From Octopus vulgaris (taxonomy: Eukaryota): a stretch of DNA of 64,000 nucleotides. Below the pieces are notes generated by a model, which worked only from the letters and a program-made list of their open reading frames with translations, was not told the origin of the DNA and ran no database searches. The stretch lies in assembly GCA_951406725.2 (NCBI GenBank), contig OX597814.1, forward strand, positions 103,230,001 through 103,294,000, written 5' to 3'. Shown in pieces: positions 9,300 to 21,195 of the stretch; the first letter of the stretch is position 1; each line of letters begins with the position of its first letter. A program made the translations under genes and the position numbers.

Positions 9300-12281
9300 A
9301 TGGACACCGCCGGCAACAACATACACCTCACCTCGATGCTCCTACTGAACATCAGAGGGCTGCAAACACTCAGTAACAGGACAAAGATCCCGTTCTTGAG
9401 AGACTTTGTTGCATGCAATCAAGCCTTATGCATAGCACTTACAGAAACGCACCTGAAACCGGACATAGCAGATGCAGAGTTACACATACCACATTATGTT
9501 GTACTACGGACCGACAGAAAAGAAAGGAGTCATGGAGGAGTAGCTATGTACATCCGTGAGGACCTCACACCCCAGGTCCTCTTGTCATACTCAAACTCGG
9601 TGTGTGACACACTAATTGTACATATAAGGCAACTTGATGTAGTTGTGTGTGCTACATATCGCCCTCCAGATGCCCCAAGCCATGTGGGCAAGTTTGAAGA
9701 CTGCCTTATAAAAATAGAAGAAGTTCTAATCACATTAGAACAACACATAAGTGTACTTCTTATGGGAGACTTCAATCTACCCAATGTCAGATGGCCCGAG
9801 GGCCTTTCTCTCCCAGGAATGACAAGATGTGAACGAGGACAGGCGAGGTCCCTCCTGAACCTCATCAACACCCTGTACATGGAGCAAGTAATACTCCAAC
9901 CAACCAGGGCAGGTAACACACTGGATCTCTGCTTCACAAATAATATGGATCTCATCCATAATGTGAAAGTGACACCGACACTACTCTCGGATCACAACAT
10001 GGTAGAGCTGACCATGTACGGGCCAAAAGAGAGCACGGACATGCAGCCTACAAGAAACCCTCAGAATCTTTCCAGCTTTAACTACCATAAGACAAACTGG
10101 AAACAAATTGAGAAAGAGATCCTCAAACAAAACTGGCCTAAATGTCTCTCCTCGCCAGACATCGACGTGAAACTTCAACAATTCATGTCTGTAACGCAAG
10201 CCATATGCTACAAATGTGTCCCAGAGAGAAAGGCCACTGTACACAAGAACAAAATCTCCAGAGAGAGGAAAATATTAATGAGACGGCGTACAAAAATTTC
10301 AAACCGCCTAAACAAACAGATTGAAAGCAGTGAAAAGTCCCGCCTGAAAATAAAACTGTTGGAAATTGAAAAATGTCTGCAACTCTCCCATGAAAAGGAA
10401 AGAGCAGACAAAGAAGCCTGGGCTATAGACAACATAAAATCTAACCCCAGAGCTTTCTACAGGTATGCCAAAGAAACAGCTACGGTGCACTGTAGGATAG
10501 GGCCACTCCTTGAAGAGGATGGCACACTCACAGGAAAACCAATGAGGGTAAGTGAAATACTGAATGAGCAATTCAAGAGTGTTTTCACTCCACCCCTCGG
10601 GCATTTCCAAATCACCAATCCAACTGACTTCTTTACCACTGCAGATATAAAATCAGAGGCGGCGACGATAAATTACATCGATATAAAGGAAGACGATGTA
10701 ATAAAGGCCATAGATGAAATGAAAACAGAATCAGCTATTGGCCCCGATGGATTCCCGGCAATCCTCCTAAAAGTATGTAAGAGAGTCCTAGCAAGACCAC
10801 TGCAGATCCTCTTTCAGAGCTTCCTAGCAGCTGGCAAACTTCCAAAAAAACTGAAGGAAGGTAAAATATGCCCTATTCATAAAGGTGGTAGCAGAGCAGA
10901 GGCCAAGAACTACAGACCTATCTCTCTCACCTCACACATCAGCAAGGTCATGGAACGAATAGTCAGAAGGAAACTAATCACCTTCCTTGAAGAAAATGAC
11001 TTGCTGCCTGACACCCAACATGGTTTCCGACCAGGAAGAAGCTGTTTTACTCAGCTCCTACAACACTATGACTGGGTGCTGAAACAACTGCTCAACCACT
11101 CAAATGTGGAAGTCATATATCTCGACTTTGCAAAGGCCTTTGATAAAGTCGATCATGGAATGATATGTCACAAACTGCGTGATCTTGGCATAGTTGGAAA
11201 ATTGGGAGAATGGCTTCATGACTTTCTGAAGAATAGAAGTCAGGTGGTAGCAGCCATTAACACACAAATAGTGAGCGGTGTTCCGCAGGGCACTGTTTTG
11301 GGACCACTACTGTTCATGATGGCCCTCTCAGACATGCCCTCAGCCACGCAGAGAGCCACGATCACAAGTTATGCAGATGATACAAAAGTTTCACGGGCAA
11401 TACAGAACCCTGAAGACACTAAGCACCTGCAATGTGAGCTGGACGAAATATACAAGTGGGCTGAAAAGAATAGCATGCAGTTCAATGCTGAAAAGTTTCA
11501 AGCTTTATACTATCAGCATGCAAAACTAAATGCAATACCCAATGAATACACTGGACCCGGAGGAATAGCAATCCCAGAGGCACAATCAGTGCGTGACCTG
11601 GGTATTTACATGAGTGATGACGCCACCTTTCGTGTTCATGTTGCTAAATTGGCAATGAAATGTAGACGACTGGCCGGATGGATTCTCAGAACCTTTAGAA
11701 CAAGAGAACAAGAAACCATGATGGTCCTCTGGAGGACACTTGTCCTAAGCCACTTTGACTATTGCTCTCAGTTATGGTCACCATCCAGTGTCAAGTTGAT
11801 CACAGAGCTCAAGGCGATCCAGCGTAGCTACACGAAGAAGATAGCCTATATGCAGAATGTAAGCTACTGGGAAAGACTCAAGAGATTAAAACTATATTCC
11901 TTGGAGCGTAGGCGGGAAAGATATGCCATAATATACATCTGGAAGATCCTGGAGGGACGTGTCCCAAACTTTGGCATCGAGAGTTACACAAATGCCAGAA
12001 CTGGGCGCCACTGCGTGGTGCCTAGGACTCCAAATTTGCCATCAAGATGTAGGACAAGATACTGTGATAGCCTGGGCTTCCGTGGCCCACAGCTCTTCAA
12101 TATCCTCCCGAAGAACCTGAGAGACCTGCATGGGGTGGATGCAGATGTCTTTAAAATGGAACTGGATCTCTTCCTGTCAGGTGTCCCAGATGAACCAACT
12201 TCACGGCAGGAGGTGCAGATGAGGGCAGCTGCATCGAACTCTCTCATGCACCAAATGGCAGTTGCTAAAAAGCTTTCGTGA
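9300..12281 (+). CDS. LINE ORF2: apurinic-type endonuclease plus reverse transcriptase
   Basis: APE motifs LNIRG, LTETHL, TYRPP, MGDFN, TLDL, SDHN. RT motifs NYRPISLTS, QHGFRPGRSC, YLDFAKAFDKVDH, SGVPQGTVLGPLLF, YADDTK. C-terminal YSLERRRERY. The start is most plausibly ATG 9300 or ATG 9336. Confidence 0.95.
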   Translation: MDTAGNNIHLTSMLLLNIRGLQTLSNRTKIPFLRDFVACNQALCIALTETHLKPDIADAELHIPHYVVLRTDRKERSHGGVAMYIREDLTPQVLLSYSNSVCDTLIVHIRQLDVVVCATYRPPDAPSHVGKFEDCLIKIEEVLITLEQHISVLLMGDFNLPNVRWPEGLSLPGMTRCERGQARSLLNLINTLYMEQVILQPTRAGNTLDLCFTNNMDLIHNVKVTPTLLSDHNMVELTMYGPKESTDMQPTRNPQNLSSFNYHKTNWKQIEKEILKQNWPKCLSSPDIDVKLQQFMSVTQAICYKCVPERKATVHKNKISRERKILMRRRTKISNRLNKQIESSEKSRLKIKLLEIEKCLQLSHEKERADKEAWAIDNIKSNPRAFYRYAKETATVHCRIGPLLEEDGTLTGKPMRVSEILNEQFKSVFTPPLGHFQITNPTDFFTTADIKSEAATINYIDIKEDDVIKAIDEMKTESAIGPDGFPAILLKVCKRVLARPLQILFQSFLAAGKLPKKLKEGKICPIHKGGSRAEAKNYRPISLTSHISKVMERIVRRKLITFLEENDLLPDTQHGFRPGRSCFTQLLQHYDWVLKQLLNHSNVEVIYLDFAKAFDKVDHGMICHKLRDLGIVGKLGEWLHDFLKNRSQVVAAINTQIVSGVPQGTVLGPLLFMMALSDMPSATQRATITSYADDTKVSRAIQNPEDTKHLQCELDEIYKWAEKNSMQFNAEKFQALYYQHAKLNAIPNEYTGPGGIAIPEAQSVRDLGIYMSDDATFRVHVAKLAMKCRRLAGWILRTFRTREQETMMVLWRTLVLSHFDYCSQLWSPSSVKLITELKAIQRSYTKKIAYMQNVSYWERLKRLKLYSLERRRERYAIIYIWKILEGRVPNFGIESYTNARTGRHCVVPRTPNLPSRCRTRYCDSLGFRGPQLFNILPKNLRDLHGVDADVFKMELDLFLSGVPDEPTSRQEVQMRAAASNSLMHQMAVAKKLS

Positions 12282-12370
12282 AGTAAAACCAAGTAGCAAC
12301 ACCAAATGGCGGTGCCCCAGCATGGCCACAGCTCATGAGCTGAAACTAGAATCAATCAATCAATCAATCA

Positions 12371-12421
<51 letters not shown>

Positions 12422-12985
12422 GTATATATGTATGTATGTAACAGCACCACCCTATCGTATCTGTCAGCCGTACTGTAGCGTAGGTATTACTTGATATTCT
12501 TAATAGCATATCGACCTGGTAATTTTATAGTAAATAAATATTTAAATGTTTTTTGTTGCTCTGGTGGCGTGTTCTATGCCATTTAATTCAATTTATTCAC
12601 ACCCTCTCCAAATGATCAATGAATGCATTTTAATTCAATGAATCTATGACAAATATTGTTCCAATTGCAATAAAGTTGGCTGATAGTGCAACAATATTGA
12701 ATAAGATGTGAATATTTGTGTTGGAACATGAAATAATCTATTTTAATATATATTTAAAAAAAAGCAGATATTGACCACGAGAAAATGTATGAGTCAGACA
12801 AAGATTGGATCGTTTATCTGAGGGAGAGAAAATGGAAGATATCGTCAATACACTAAACTAAGATCAAAATTAAATATAATTTCTGAAGATAATCAATAAG
12901 ACGGTGGCAGATGTTTACATTTGGTAACAGTGGGAAATAAAACGCTGGAGCACAATTTATAATTGATTTTAGTTAAACAAACACT

Positions 12986-12987
<2 letters not shown>

Positions 12988-13060
<73 letters not shown>

Positions 13061-13093
13061 CCACACACATACACCACACACACACACACACAC
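12988..13093. repeat. (AC)n microsatellite
   Basis: Direct repeat. Confidence 0.95.
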
Positions 13094-13949
13094 CAGAGAG
13101 ATATTTACTCATATGAGACAAACAGAAATTTTATCCAACTGTTTTCTATGATAAATTGAGTTCAGTCTCACATTTCTCTGTATTATAAAATATCTTCCGT
13201 TGTATTTCTGCCATTATCTTAATGGTCACTGAATATTCGATATCTCTGTATAATGTACTTATCTACAGTACCTGTGACTGCGTCTTCTAATTCTTTATCC
13301 GATTCTATGCCCCAGACTTTTCCTTCACTTCTTAGCTTTGTCTTCCATTCTTTACACTCTTACCAAATGTTAATCAATGTAAAATTAAAAAGACGTGTTT
13401 GTGCTTGTTTGTTTGTTTGAGGATGCATACGTTTGTCGCTATGGATCTGGTTGTGTGTTGTTCCGTGCTTGAACCGGTGAATGAATAAATATGTTTTTTG
13501 GTTGCGTGAAGAAACAAAAATAAAAGCGCATAAACAACACCCGTTAACGTTTAACTGAAATATTTAGTGTCGCACATAATTTGCGTTGGCCATTAACAAT
13601 TAACAACCGCAATAATTACAGACTGGGAGAGTGGCACGAAAACATGTTGTCGGCCCAACATATCTGAAATCAAGTTCTCTATTTTCGTGGCGACAGAGTT
13701 TCTTGGTCATCTGTCTTGGGCCATTGGTGTTGACTGTCTGCCTTATATCTGGAATCGTCAGAAGAGCAAGAATAGAGACACATGTCGCCTTTCGACACTC
13801 TGCCTGACAAAAGGTGTGAATGAGTCGGCCACTATCAATGCTCTGTAAAGTGTTTAGGCGCCAAACAGCTTTTTTATAGGGCACAAGAGGAACATTCGAG
13901 AAAACGAAATCACTAAATAGCTTCACTCTGCTTGGTTGCTTAAGAGACC

Positions 13950-14185
13950 GATCACGTGAAGCTATATTGGTTCGCTCGTGGCATCTGACCGGTTATTTAG
14001 CAGTTCGGTTTCGAATCACCGCTACTCGTTCAAACATAAATGAAAGAACTGCAAGAGTAGAGAGAAATGTTCAATTTTTTGATCCTTCTACATTGACCGA
14101 TTCAACATTGGTTATTGGTAACTTTAGTGAGGGAGGGGCACGATTGGCTGGCTTCATCTCTGTAGATAATTCATATTTATTGGCT
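13950..14185. promoter_or_regulatory. Possible promoter: E-box plus clustered CCAAT boxes
   Basis: TCACGTGA at 13952-13959 and five same-orientation ATTGG (13966, 14107, 14114, 14143, 14179), one a good NF-Y match (AGCCAATCG on the minus strand). The context is not recognisably repetitive and retains CpG. Confidence 0.3.
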
Positions 14186-14304
14186 TGATCCCAACTGATG
14201 AAGTGCAAAAGGGATTTGCACTTGGATGGGATTTGAACTTACAATGTAAACATAATGCAAACGTTGTTCAGTACACCGTAATTTAATCACTACTACTACT
14301 ACTA

Positions 14305-14426
14305 CTGGTCCAAGGCTGAAATCTTGGGAGAAGGGGTTGGTCGATTCCATCGACCCAGTACTTAACTGGTATCCTATTTTATCAGTCCCGAAAGGATGAA
14401 AAGCAAAGTCGACCTCGGCTGGATTT
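14305..14426 (-). mobile_element. SINE fragment with Meta-like central domain
   Basis: Minus strand ccgaggtcgactttgcttttcatcctttcgggactgataaaataggataccag; homologous to 31312-31460 and 41025-41230. Confidence 0.75.
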
Positions 14427-14429
14427 TTA

Positions 14430-14990
14430 CTGAGAACGGTTCAGATTCCTTCCATCTAAGTAGTTTGCAAGTTTGTTTTTACAATGAACTCCAGAATAAT
14501 TACTGAGACGGTCTATTGTTTTATTCATCTTAATTCTTTCTCTACTTCTATCCACCTTTCTATTGTGGGTATCTTTCTTGCCCCTTATGTCCCTCCAAAA
14601 CTCTCCCGGCATTTGGTATTTTATTGTTATATCTTTATACTTACTCCAACTTTTCGAATAATCTCTTCTCATTATTTTGAAATAACCTTTTCTCTTGAAA
14701 CTCATCAATTTCTACTTTCGTATCGTTTTATTCTTGCTGCCTTTCATGTCACATTTTGTTTTATTTCTCTCAATTACAATATTTATTCCTTTTTTTCTTC
14801 TTCATATTGTATTTTCTTTCTTTTTAACGAATGTTTTCCTTATTGCACCTTGTTTAAGGTGCAGTAAGTGTTTCCCTGTGTCATTATCTTCTGTCCACCT
14901 TTCCCACCAGATTAAATTTCTCCACATGTCTAATAGCTGAAAAGCCCTCCAAAACATATCAAGGGTAGTTATCCCAAATGGAAAAGGCAA
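14430..14990 (-). mobile_element. Old Dong/R4-like fragment (pre-RT region)
   Basis: EFWRDIRGKKDTHNRK parallels FWSNIWDDGGRHSK (17662-17886). Many stops. Confidence 0.55.
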
Positions 14991-17012
14991 GAATTATGGC
15001 ACTATTTACAGGCTGAAGACACAAAGTAGAAAGTCTAGTCGTGTCCTAGAAACACGCTGCGAAAATAACGAAGAGCAACAGCAAACCCCAGTCGAAACTC
15101 GGGAGATAGCAAAGGAAATATTAACCAGTACCATAAATAGACAAGCAAATATTTTGTCCCCTAATACAACTAAACTGGAGTACAATACGTTCATTGTGTG
15201 ATATGAAGAAATAATTAGAGATCAGGTGCAAATATGAAAGGAAAAGAAGGAAACATCGTGAAAATAATTTAATTATAAAACGATGTAAACAGGTTCGGCA
15301 GGAGAATTTCTTTGAAACATCAACAGATTGTTAAGAAAGACACGAAGAAAATACAGGAGATGAAGATGAACCAAAATTCACCACTCTTCGAAACTCAAAC
15401 AAAAAGTTTGCATATCTGTGGTACCAAGGACTTTTCGGCGAAGCTATGCTGTCACAAAAACAATAAGGTTCAGAATACAAACATGCAAAATTAGATTATT
15501 AGTAGAATTAAAACTAAAACATTTCACTGAATTTAAGAGAGATGCTCTCTAGACGTTAGTGTCTTTCAACAACAAATGTCCATTTAAAAAATGCTTACTG
15601 GTGCATTCACTTGCACTCGATTTTAAAATTATTAAATTTTAAAAATGATTGAATGAGTGGGGTCGTAGAGTATTCAATCCAACCAAGCATGAAAATCATT
15701 CCTGCTTTATTTTTTTAAAAATTATGTTTTGTTTTAATTATTGATGGTGTTTTATATTGTACCTTTTTATTCATTTCCGTACAAATATGTGTATTCGCTT
15801 ACATACATCTGTATGTATGTGTGCATGTGTATACGTATGGATATCTACTATATAAGTGAGAGTGCATGTATGTATGTTATTGAAAGACTCCGAAACAGTT
15901 TGTCAGAGACGGATTTGATTTTCGATCTCTGCGTCCCAGCGAGAAGGTTTTCGGTTATTATTAATCAAAAAAACATAATTTTCTACATGAAATAACTCAA
16001 CTTCCAGATCGCCAATATTGAATGATTTTAGAAGCCGCTGTCTTAAACTCATGATTACCTGAGTGTGTTTGCATGCGCGCGTATGTGTATGGCATCTTAT
16101 AACTGTCTGTCTATCAACCTCTTTCTCTTTATCTGTCTATCTATTTGTCTTTTACATTTTTATCATTGTAAGATTTTTTCCCTCTCTATATATATATTTA
16201 CCACATCGTCCCTCACTCTTTCTCTATATCTGTATCTCTCACGCTGAATGTGTGTGTGTGTCAGTGTGTGTGTATCCATGTGTGTCAGAATTTCATTCGG
16301 GCGACAGAGTCGAAAGACCTTCACAAAGCATTAGTAGTGAGCTCAGGAGACACGTGAACAGCGAAGAAATAGATTTGTAGATATGCGAACACGAACCTCT
16401 ATCGCACGATCTCAGTCAGATTTTACACCCGAGTATAAAATGCATCGGTTCGTTGATTAATGCAGAAGAATCTGCGATGCACAAACGCAGGAGACAATGT
16501 CTCACTTTAGGTCAAACGACTTCAATCTCCAGTTCGTCTTATTTTTGCCATGACCACCAACAAATAGCGAGGGCAAACATTTTCGCTTGCTGGTTTACAC
16601 TTTGAAGAGCTTTGCTTCCCCATGGTCAGCTTCATTGTGGATGTTCAAGAGTAGGAAGGAAAACCTTTACATCTATGTACTAAATGGAAAAACAAAACGC
16701 TTCATTTATTAAGAAATTGCATCAAATAATGCAGGAATCTGTCCTGATCAAGAAGCCTAACCATTGAGGAAGACATGGTCTGACATGGAATAAAAAAAAA
16801 GACTGAAATAAAGGAATTCTGTTGTGAAAATTGCCTGGCAATGATGGACTGTTCAGCTAGTGTGTGTGTGTGTGTGTGTATATGTGTCGGTGTGTGTGTA
16901 CCTTTAATGTTCTTTATACCTTCTTCCATATTTTCTATGTCATTTACCCTCTCCCTTCATAACTTGAAAATGTGTTTTTTTCTCATTCCACACTGGCCTT
17001 CTCATTCCACAC

Positions 17013-17556
17013 TTCAGAGCAAAAAAGTGGTACGGATATAAACCCGAAGGCATTATCGAAAATGATAATGCAAAGATCCTATGGGATTTTATGATTCAGT
17101 GCGATCATTAGATAGAGAATAGGAAACCATATTCCAAAATAGTGTTAATTGAGAAAGTAAGCAAACTATGCTGGATCATAGGTATAGCAAGCCCAGCTGA
17201 CAGCTAGGTATGCGATAAGGAAGAAAGAAAAGTCGAGAGATATGACAGGTTAGCTTGGGAGGTTAAACAGTTATGGTTGATGAAAAAGGTAGCAGTAGTA
17301 CCAATAGTTGTCGGAGCCCTGGGAACAAAAATCTTGAGACGTACGTGGAACAAATAGGGGCTGCAATAAGGGTGGAGCACTTGCAGAAAACAGTGCTGCT
17401 TGGAACCGCTCGAATACTCCAGAAGGTGCTCGAAAAATAAGAGATGTTACCTTAGTTCACTGGTAGTGAACAGCTGACACCGTAATACACCTCCAGCATT
17501 AGGAGCTGTGCAAAGACAATAAAATTACAACAACAACAACAATAATAATAATAAAA
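17013..17556 (+). mobile_element. Dong/R4 3' fragment 1 (REL endonuclease, 3' UTR, (CAA)/(TAA) tail)
   Basis: PEGIIENDNAKILWDFMIQCDH...VPIVVGALG...LQKTVLLGTARILQKVLEK*, followed by a tail. Confidence 0.85.
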
Positions 17557-20110
17557 ATTATGTGAAATGTTGAGGGAGGAAAAGTATTAGGAACTAGAAT
17601 ATAGATATAGGATAAATAAAAAGGGGCTAAATGTAGTTCTTGAAGAGCTGAAACAAAAATTGTGACAAAGATCAAGAGATATGATCAAATAATTGAACAA
17701 TATAAAACCAACAGATTGTTTCAACAAGACCAGAAAAGGGTTTATCAACAACTGAATGAAAAGATTAACAGCAATGAGAGACCAGATGTTGAAGAAAATA
17801 GCTTTTGGAGTAACATCTGGGATGATGGAGGAAGGCATAGCAAAGATGCTAAATGGTTGAAGGAATTAAGATTGGAAAAAGTATGAAGTGAAACAGCAAT
17901 ATTAGAATTACAACTGAAGTGGTAACCAAACAGACAAAAAAGATGCCAAACTGGAAATACTTAGGCCTGAATGGGGTACAAAGATATTGGCTGAAAAATT
18001 TCCCAGCACTTCACAGAATAATAGCCATGTAAATGGATAAAATGATCAACAACTGGGTGAAAATCCCAAAGTGGCTGACCACAGGTAAAACAATTCTTTT
18101 CCAAAAGGATTCCAATAAAGGCAATGCAGTTTATAATTACTGGCCTATCACCTGTCTGCCCTTGATGTGGAAGCTGATGACAGGAATAATGAGGGACAAA
18201 AGACCAATTTCTGATAGCCAGAATGGTACTGAACGACTGCAAGAAAAGGCTTACTAACCTGGGCATGGCATGGATTGATTATAAGAAAGTGTGTGACCTG
18301 GTCCCCTATTTCTGGATTTTAGAAAGTCTTGAGTTGGTACAGGTGTCTGATAATATATCAAATTTTATTAGGAGACCAACGAAAAACTGGAATATAGAGT
18401 TAACTTCATGTGGAAAACTTTTGGAGAGGGTTAACATCAAGAGAGGCATATTTCAAGGAGACAGCCCATCACCCTTGCTGTTTGTGATTTGTATGATACC
18501 CCTCATACAGATAATATGGAAAGTGACATTGGGGTACACTTTGAAAAGTGGAGGAAAATTAAATCTTTTGTTATATATGGGTGACTTAAAGATCTTTGGA
18601 AAGACCAAACATGAAATAAATGACTTAGTTTCAACAATGCAGATATTCAGTAAGGACATCGGAACGGAATTTTGGATCAAAAAGTGTGGCATTGCTTATA
18701 ATACGAAAAGTAGTGTCATCTGATGGAGTAGAACTACCCAATGGCAAGAAAATCAAGGATATTGAGACTAATGGGTATAAATATCTGGGGGTTTTGGAAT
18801 ATGGCAAAATCAAGGAAAGTGAAATGAGGGAAAACTTTAGGTGAGAATATCTCAGAACTAAATTAATTATGGGAAGTAGACTCAATGGAAAGAACAATAT
18901 CAGGACAATGAACCCATTGGCTGTTTCCTTAATGTGACATGGTGCAGATGTTGTTAGGTGGACAAAGAACGAGCTTGAGGAAATGGACAGGAAAACCAGA
19001 AAATTGATGACAATTAACAAGGAACTACACACCAAAAGCGACACTGACAGACTGTATGTGCCTAGGAAGAGGAGTGGAAGAGGCCTCATAGGATGTAAGT
19101 TCTGTGTTGTCAATGAGAAGAACAGTCTGGGATGGTACATCAAACAGAAGAGTGAATCTTTGCTTGCTGCTGCTAGAATTAACACTACAATACCTACGGA
19201 AAATGTGATGAAACCACAAACATTTAAGAAACAAGATGAAGAAGAAAGAGTAAACAATTGGAAAATGAAATCACTGCACGAGTAATACCTCAGAGAAATC
19301 GAAGGAAAAAAACAAGATCAACTCTTGGAGAAGGCTAAGGAAAAGTGATCTGAAAGGATGCACTGATGCATTGATATGCAGCGCCCAGGAACAAGCTCTA
19401 AGAACTTATTACACCAAGTTCCAAATAGATAAGAGGAGCGAATCACCCCTTTATAGGAAGTACAGTAGTAGAAACGAAACAATCTCACATATTGTGGGTG
19501 AGTGTAACAACCAGCTGGACCAAAAAGCACTACAAAAGAAGGCACGATAACATGGCTAAGCTCGTCCATTGGGGGCTATGTGAAAAGTACGGCCTGAACA
19601 GAGCACAAAAATGGTACAAACATGAACCAGAAGACACTGAGAACAAGGAACATAAGATACTGTGGGATTTTACAATCCAATGTGACTCGGAGATCATAGA
19701 TATTGCAATACCTGGAGATGCACACATAAGTGACAAAGAACCAGAAAAGACTGATAAGTACAGACTACTAAAAGACTAAAAGATAAAATTACAAGAACGT
19801 GGACTATCAGGAGAGAGTGTGTCATTCCAGTTGTTGTAAGGGAACTCAAAGCACTAACAACCAAGTTAGAGAAATATATCAGAGAAATCAGAAATGACAT
19901 GAGAGCAGAGCAAGCCCAAAACAACTGCTCTGCTGGGGGACAGCTAGGATTTTTGAAGATTGGTACTTGGATGTTGAATGTCTTCTACGATAGTTAACAA
20001 CCAAGTATCCAAGCTTATGTGTGGAAAGGGACCCTGTGAGAGCTCTGGTAGCAGGCTGCTGCCTGCTCTCACAGAATCTACCAGAGCAAACAAGACCAAG
20101 TGCTCTGAGA
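17557..20110 (+). mobile_element. Dong/R4 fragment 2 (RT plus REL, frameshifted)
   Basis: NYWPITCLPLMWK, MAWIDYKK, RGIFQGDSPSPLLF, LLYMGDLK, DRLYVPRKRSGRGL, YKRRHDNMAKLVHW..ILWDF. Confidence 0.9.
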
Positions 20111-20119
20111 AGTAAAACA

Positions 20120-20258
20120 AACAATCCAGGAGTATTGCAAAAGTCGGCATTACTTGGAACTGCATGCAGGTTGTACTGTCTGTCTGTCTGTCCGTCTGGG
20201 GTTCTTGTTGTGACTTGACATACAGTACAAACCCCTGGTAGACACAATACAATATCAT

Positions 20259-20314
<56 letters not shown>
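20120..20314 (+). mobile_element. Dong/R4 extreme 3' fragment 3 with (TAA)n tail (20258-20314)
   Basis: LQKSALLGTA motif, short 3' UTR, perfect (AAT)n. Confidence 0.7.
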
Positions 20315-21195
20315 GCCCCTTCATGGTAAATACTGCACTAAACTAAACGCAAAAGAAATAGACAAAGAAAAATCCCAGCAATGGTTGAGAAGCTCAGGAC
20401 TCAAAGCAGAAACAGAGGGATTTTTAATTGCAGCACAAGACCAAAGCCTCCCCACCAGAAATTACCAAAAACATGTAATGAAAAGAAATATTACAAGTAA
20501 CTGCAGAATATGTGGAGATGGACAAGAAACAATAAATCATATTATCTCTAGCTGCCCAGTCCTGGCTAAGAAGGAATATATTCACAGACATGACAGAGTT
20601 GGAACCTACATACATTGGAAGCTATGCCAACAGTATGGAATAACAACAGAAAAAAGATGGTATAGGCACACACCAGAAAAGGTCACAGAAAACGAGAAAG
20701 CAACCATACTCTGGGATATGCCGATACACACAGATAGAGAAATTAAGGCCAACAGACCAGATATAGTTGTCAGAGATCATGAAGAAAAAAAATGCTTTCT
20801 AATTGATGTATCAATACCGGCAGATGACAACGTGTCCCTAAAAGAAATGGAGAAACTCTCAAAATACAAAGACCTGGAAATAGAGATAACTAGAATGTGG
20901 AACCTGAAAACAGAAACAATTCCTATCATAGTAGGTGCATTAGGCATGATAAAAAAATATTCAGACAAATACATAACAAAAACACCAGGACTTACAAACA
21001 CATATAACATACAGAAAATTGCACTACTAGGCACTGCACACATCCTACGCAGAACACTTTCCATACAATAACCATCAGAGCATCACAACAAATCACAGCA
21101 CATACCCAAGGCACACAGAGCTGCGCTCGGTAGTGAAGTGAAAGCACGCTATAAAAATAAAACTACTGAACAATAATAATAATAATAATAATAAT
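20315..21195 (+). mobile_element. Young Dong/R4 3' fragment 4 with open CCHC plus REL endonuclease frame (stop at 21071)
   Basis: Uninterrupted KPLHGKY..ETEGFLIAAQDQ..CRICGDGQETINHIISSC..RHD..NRPDIV..LIDVS..KLSKY..LGTAHILRRTLSIQ*. (AAT)n on both sides. Confidence 0.93.

Larger units (their letters stand above)
8648..12374 (+). mobile_element. Nearly intact CR1-group LINE, 5'-truncated within ORF1, with (AATC)n tail
   Basis: ORF1 remnant, then an uninterrupted APE-RT ORF2, a short 3' UTR and an (AATC)n tail at 12349-12374 running into (AT)n. Confidence 0.92.

Noticed and set aside
14188-14233. CTGATGA plus hairpin as a hammerhead or SECIS element
   Set aside because: The stem AGTGCAAA/TTTGCACT is followed by TGGA, not GAAA-stem III-UH. 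The helix is too short for a SECIS and no selenoprotein ORF is nearby.
12430-16850. Conserved microRNA hairpins or coding exons in the repeat-poor stretch
   Set aside because: No mature miRNA sequence I recognise and no ORF with a recognisable domain; a database search would be needed to exclude them.
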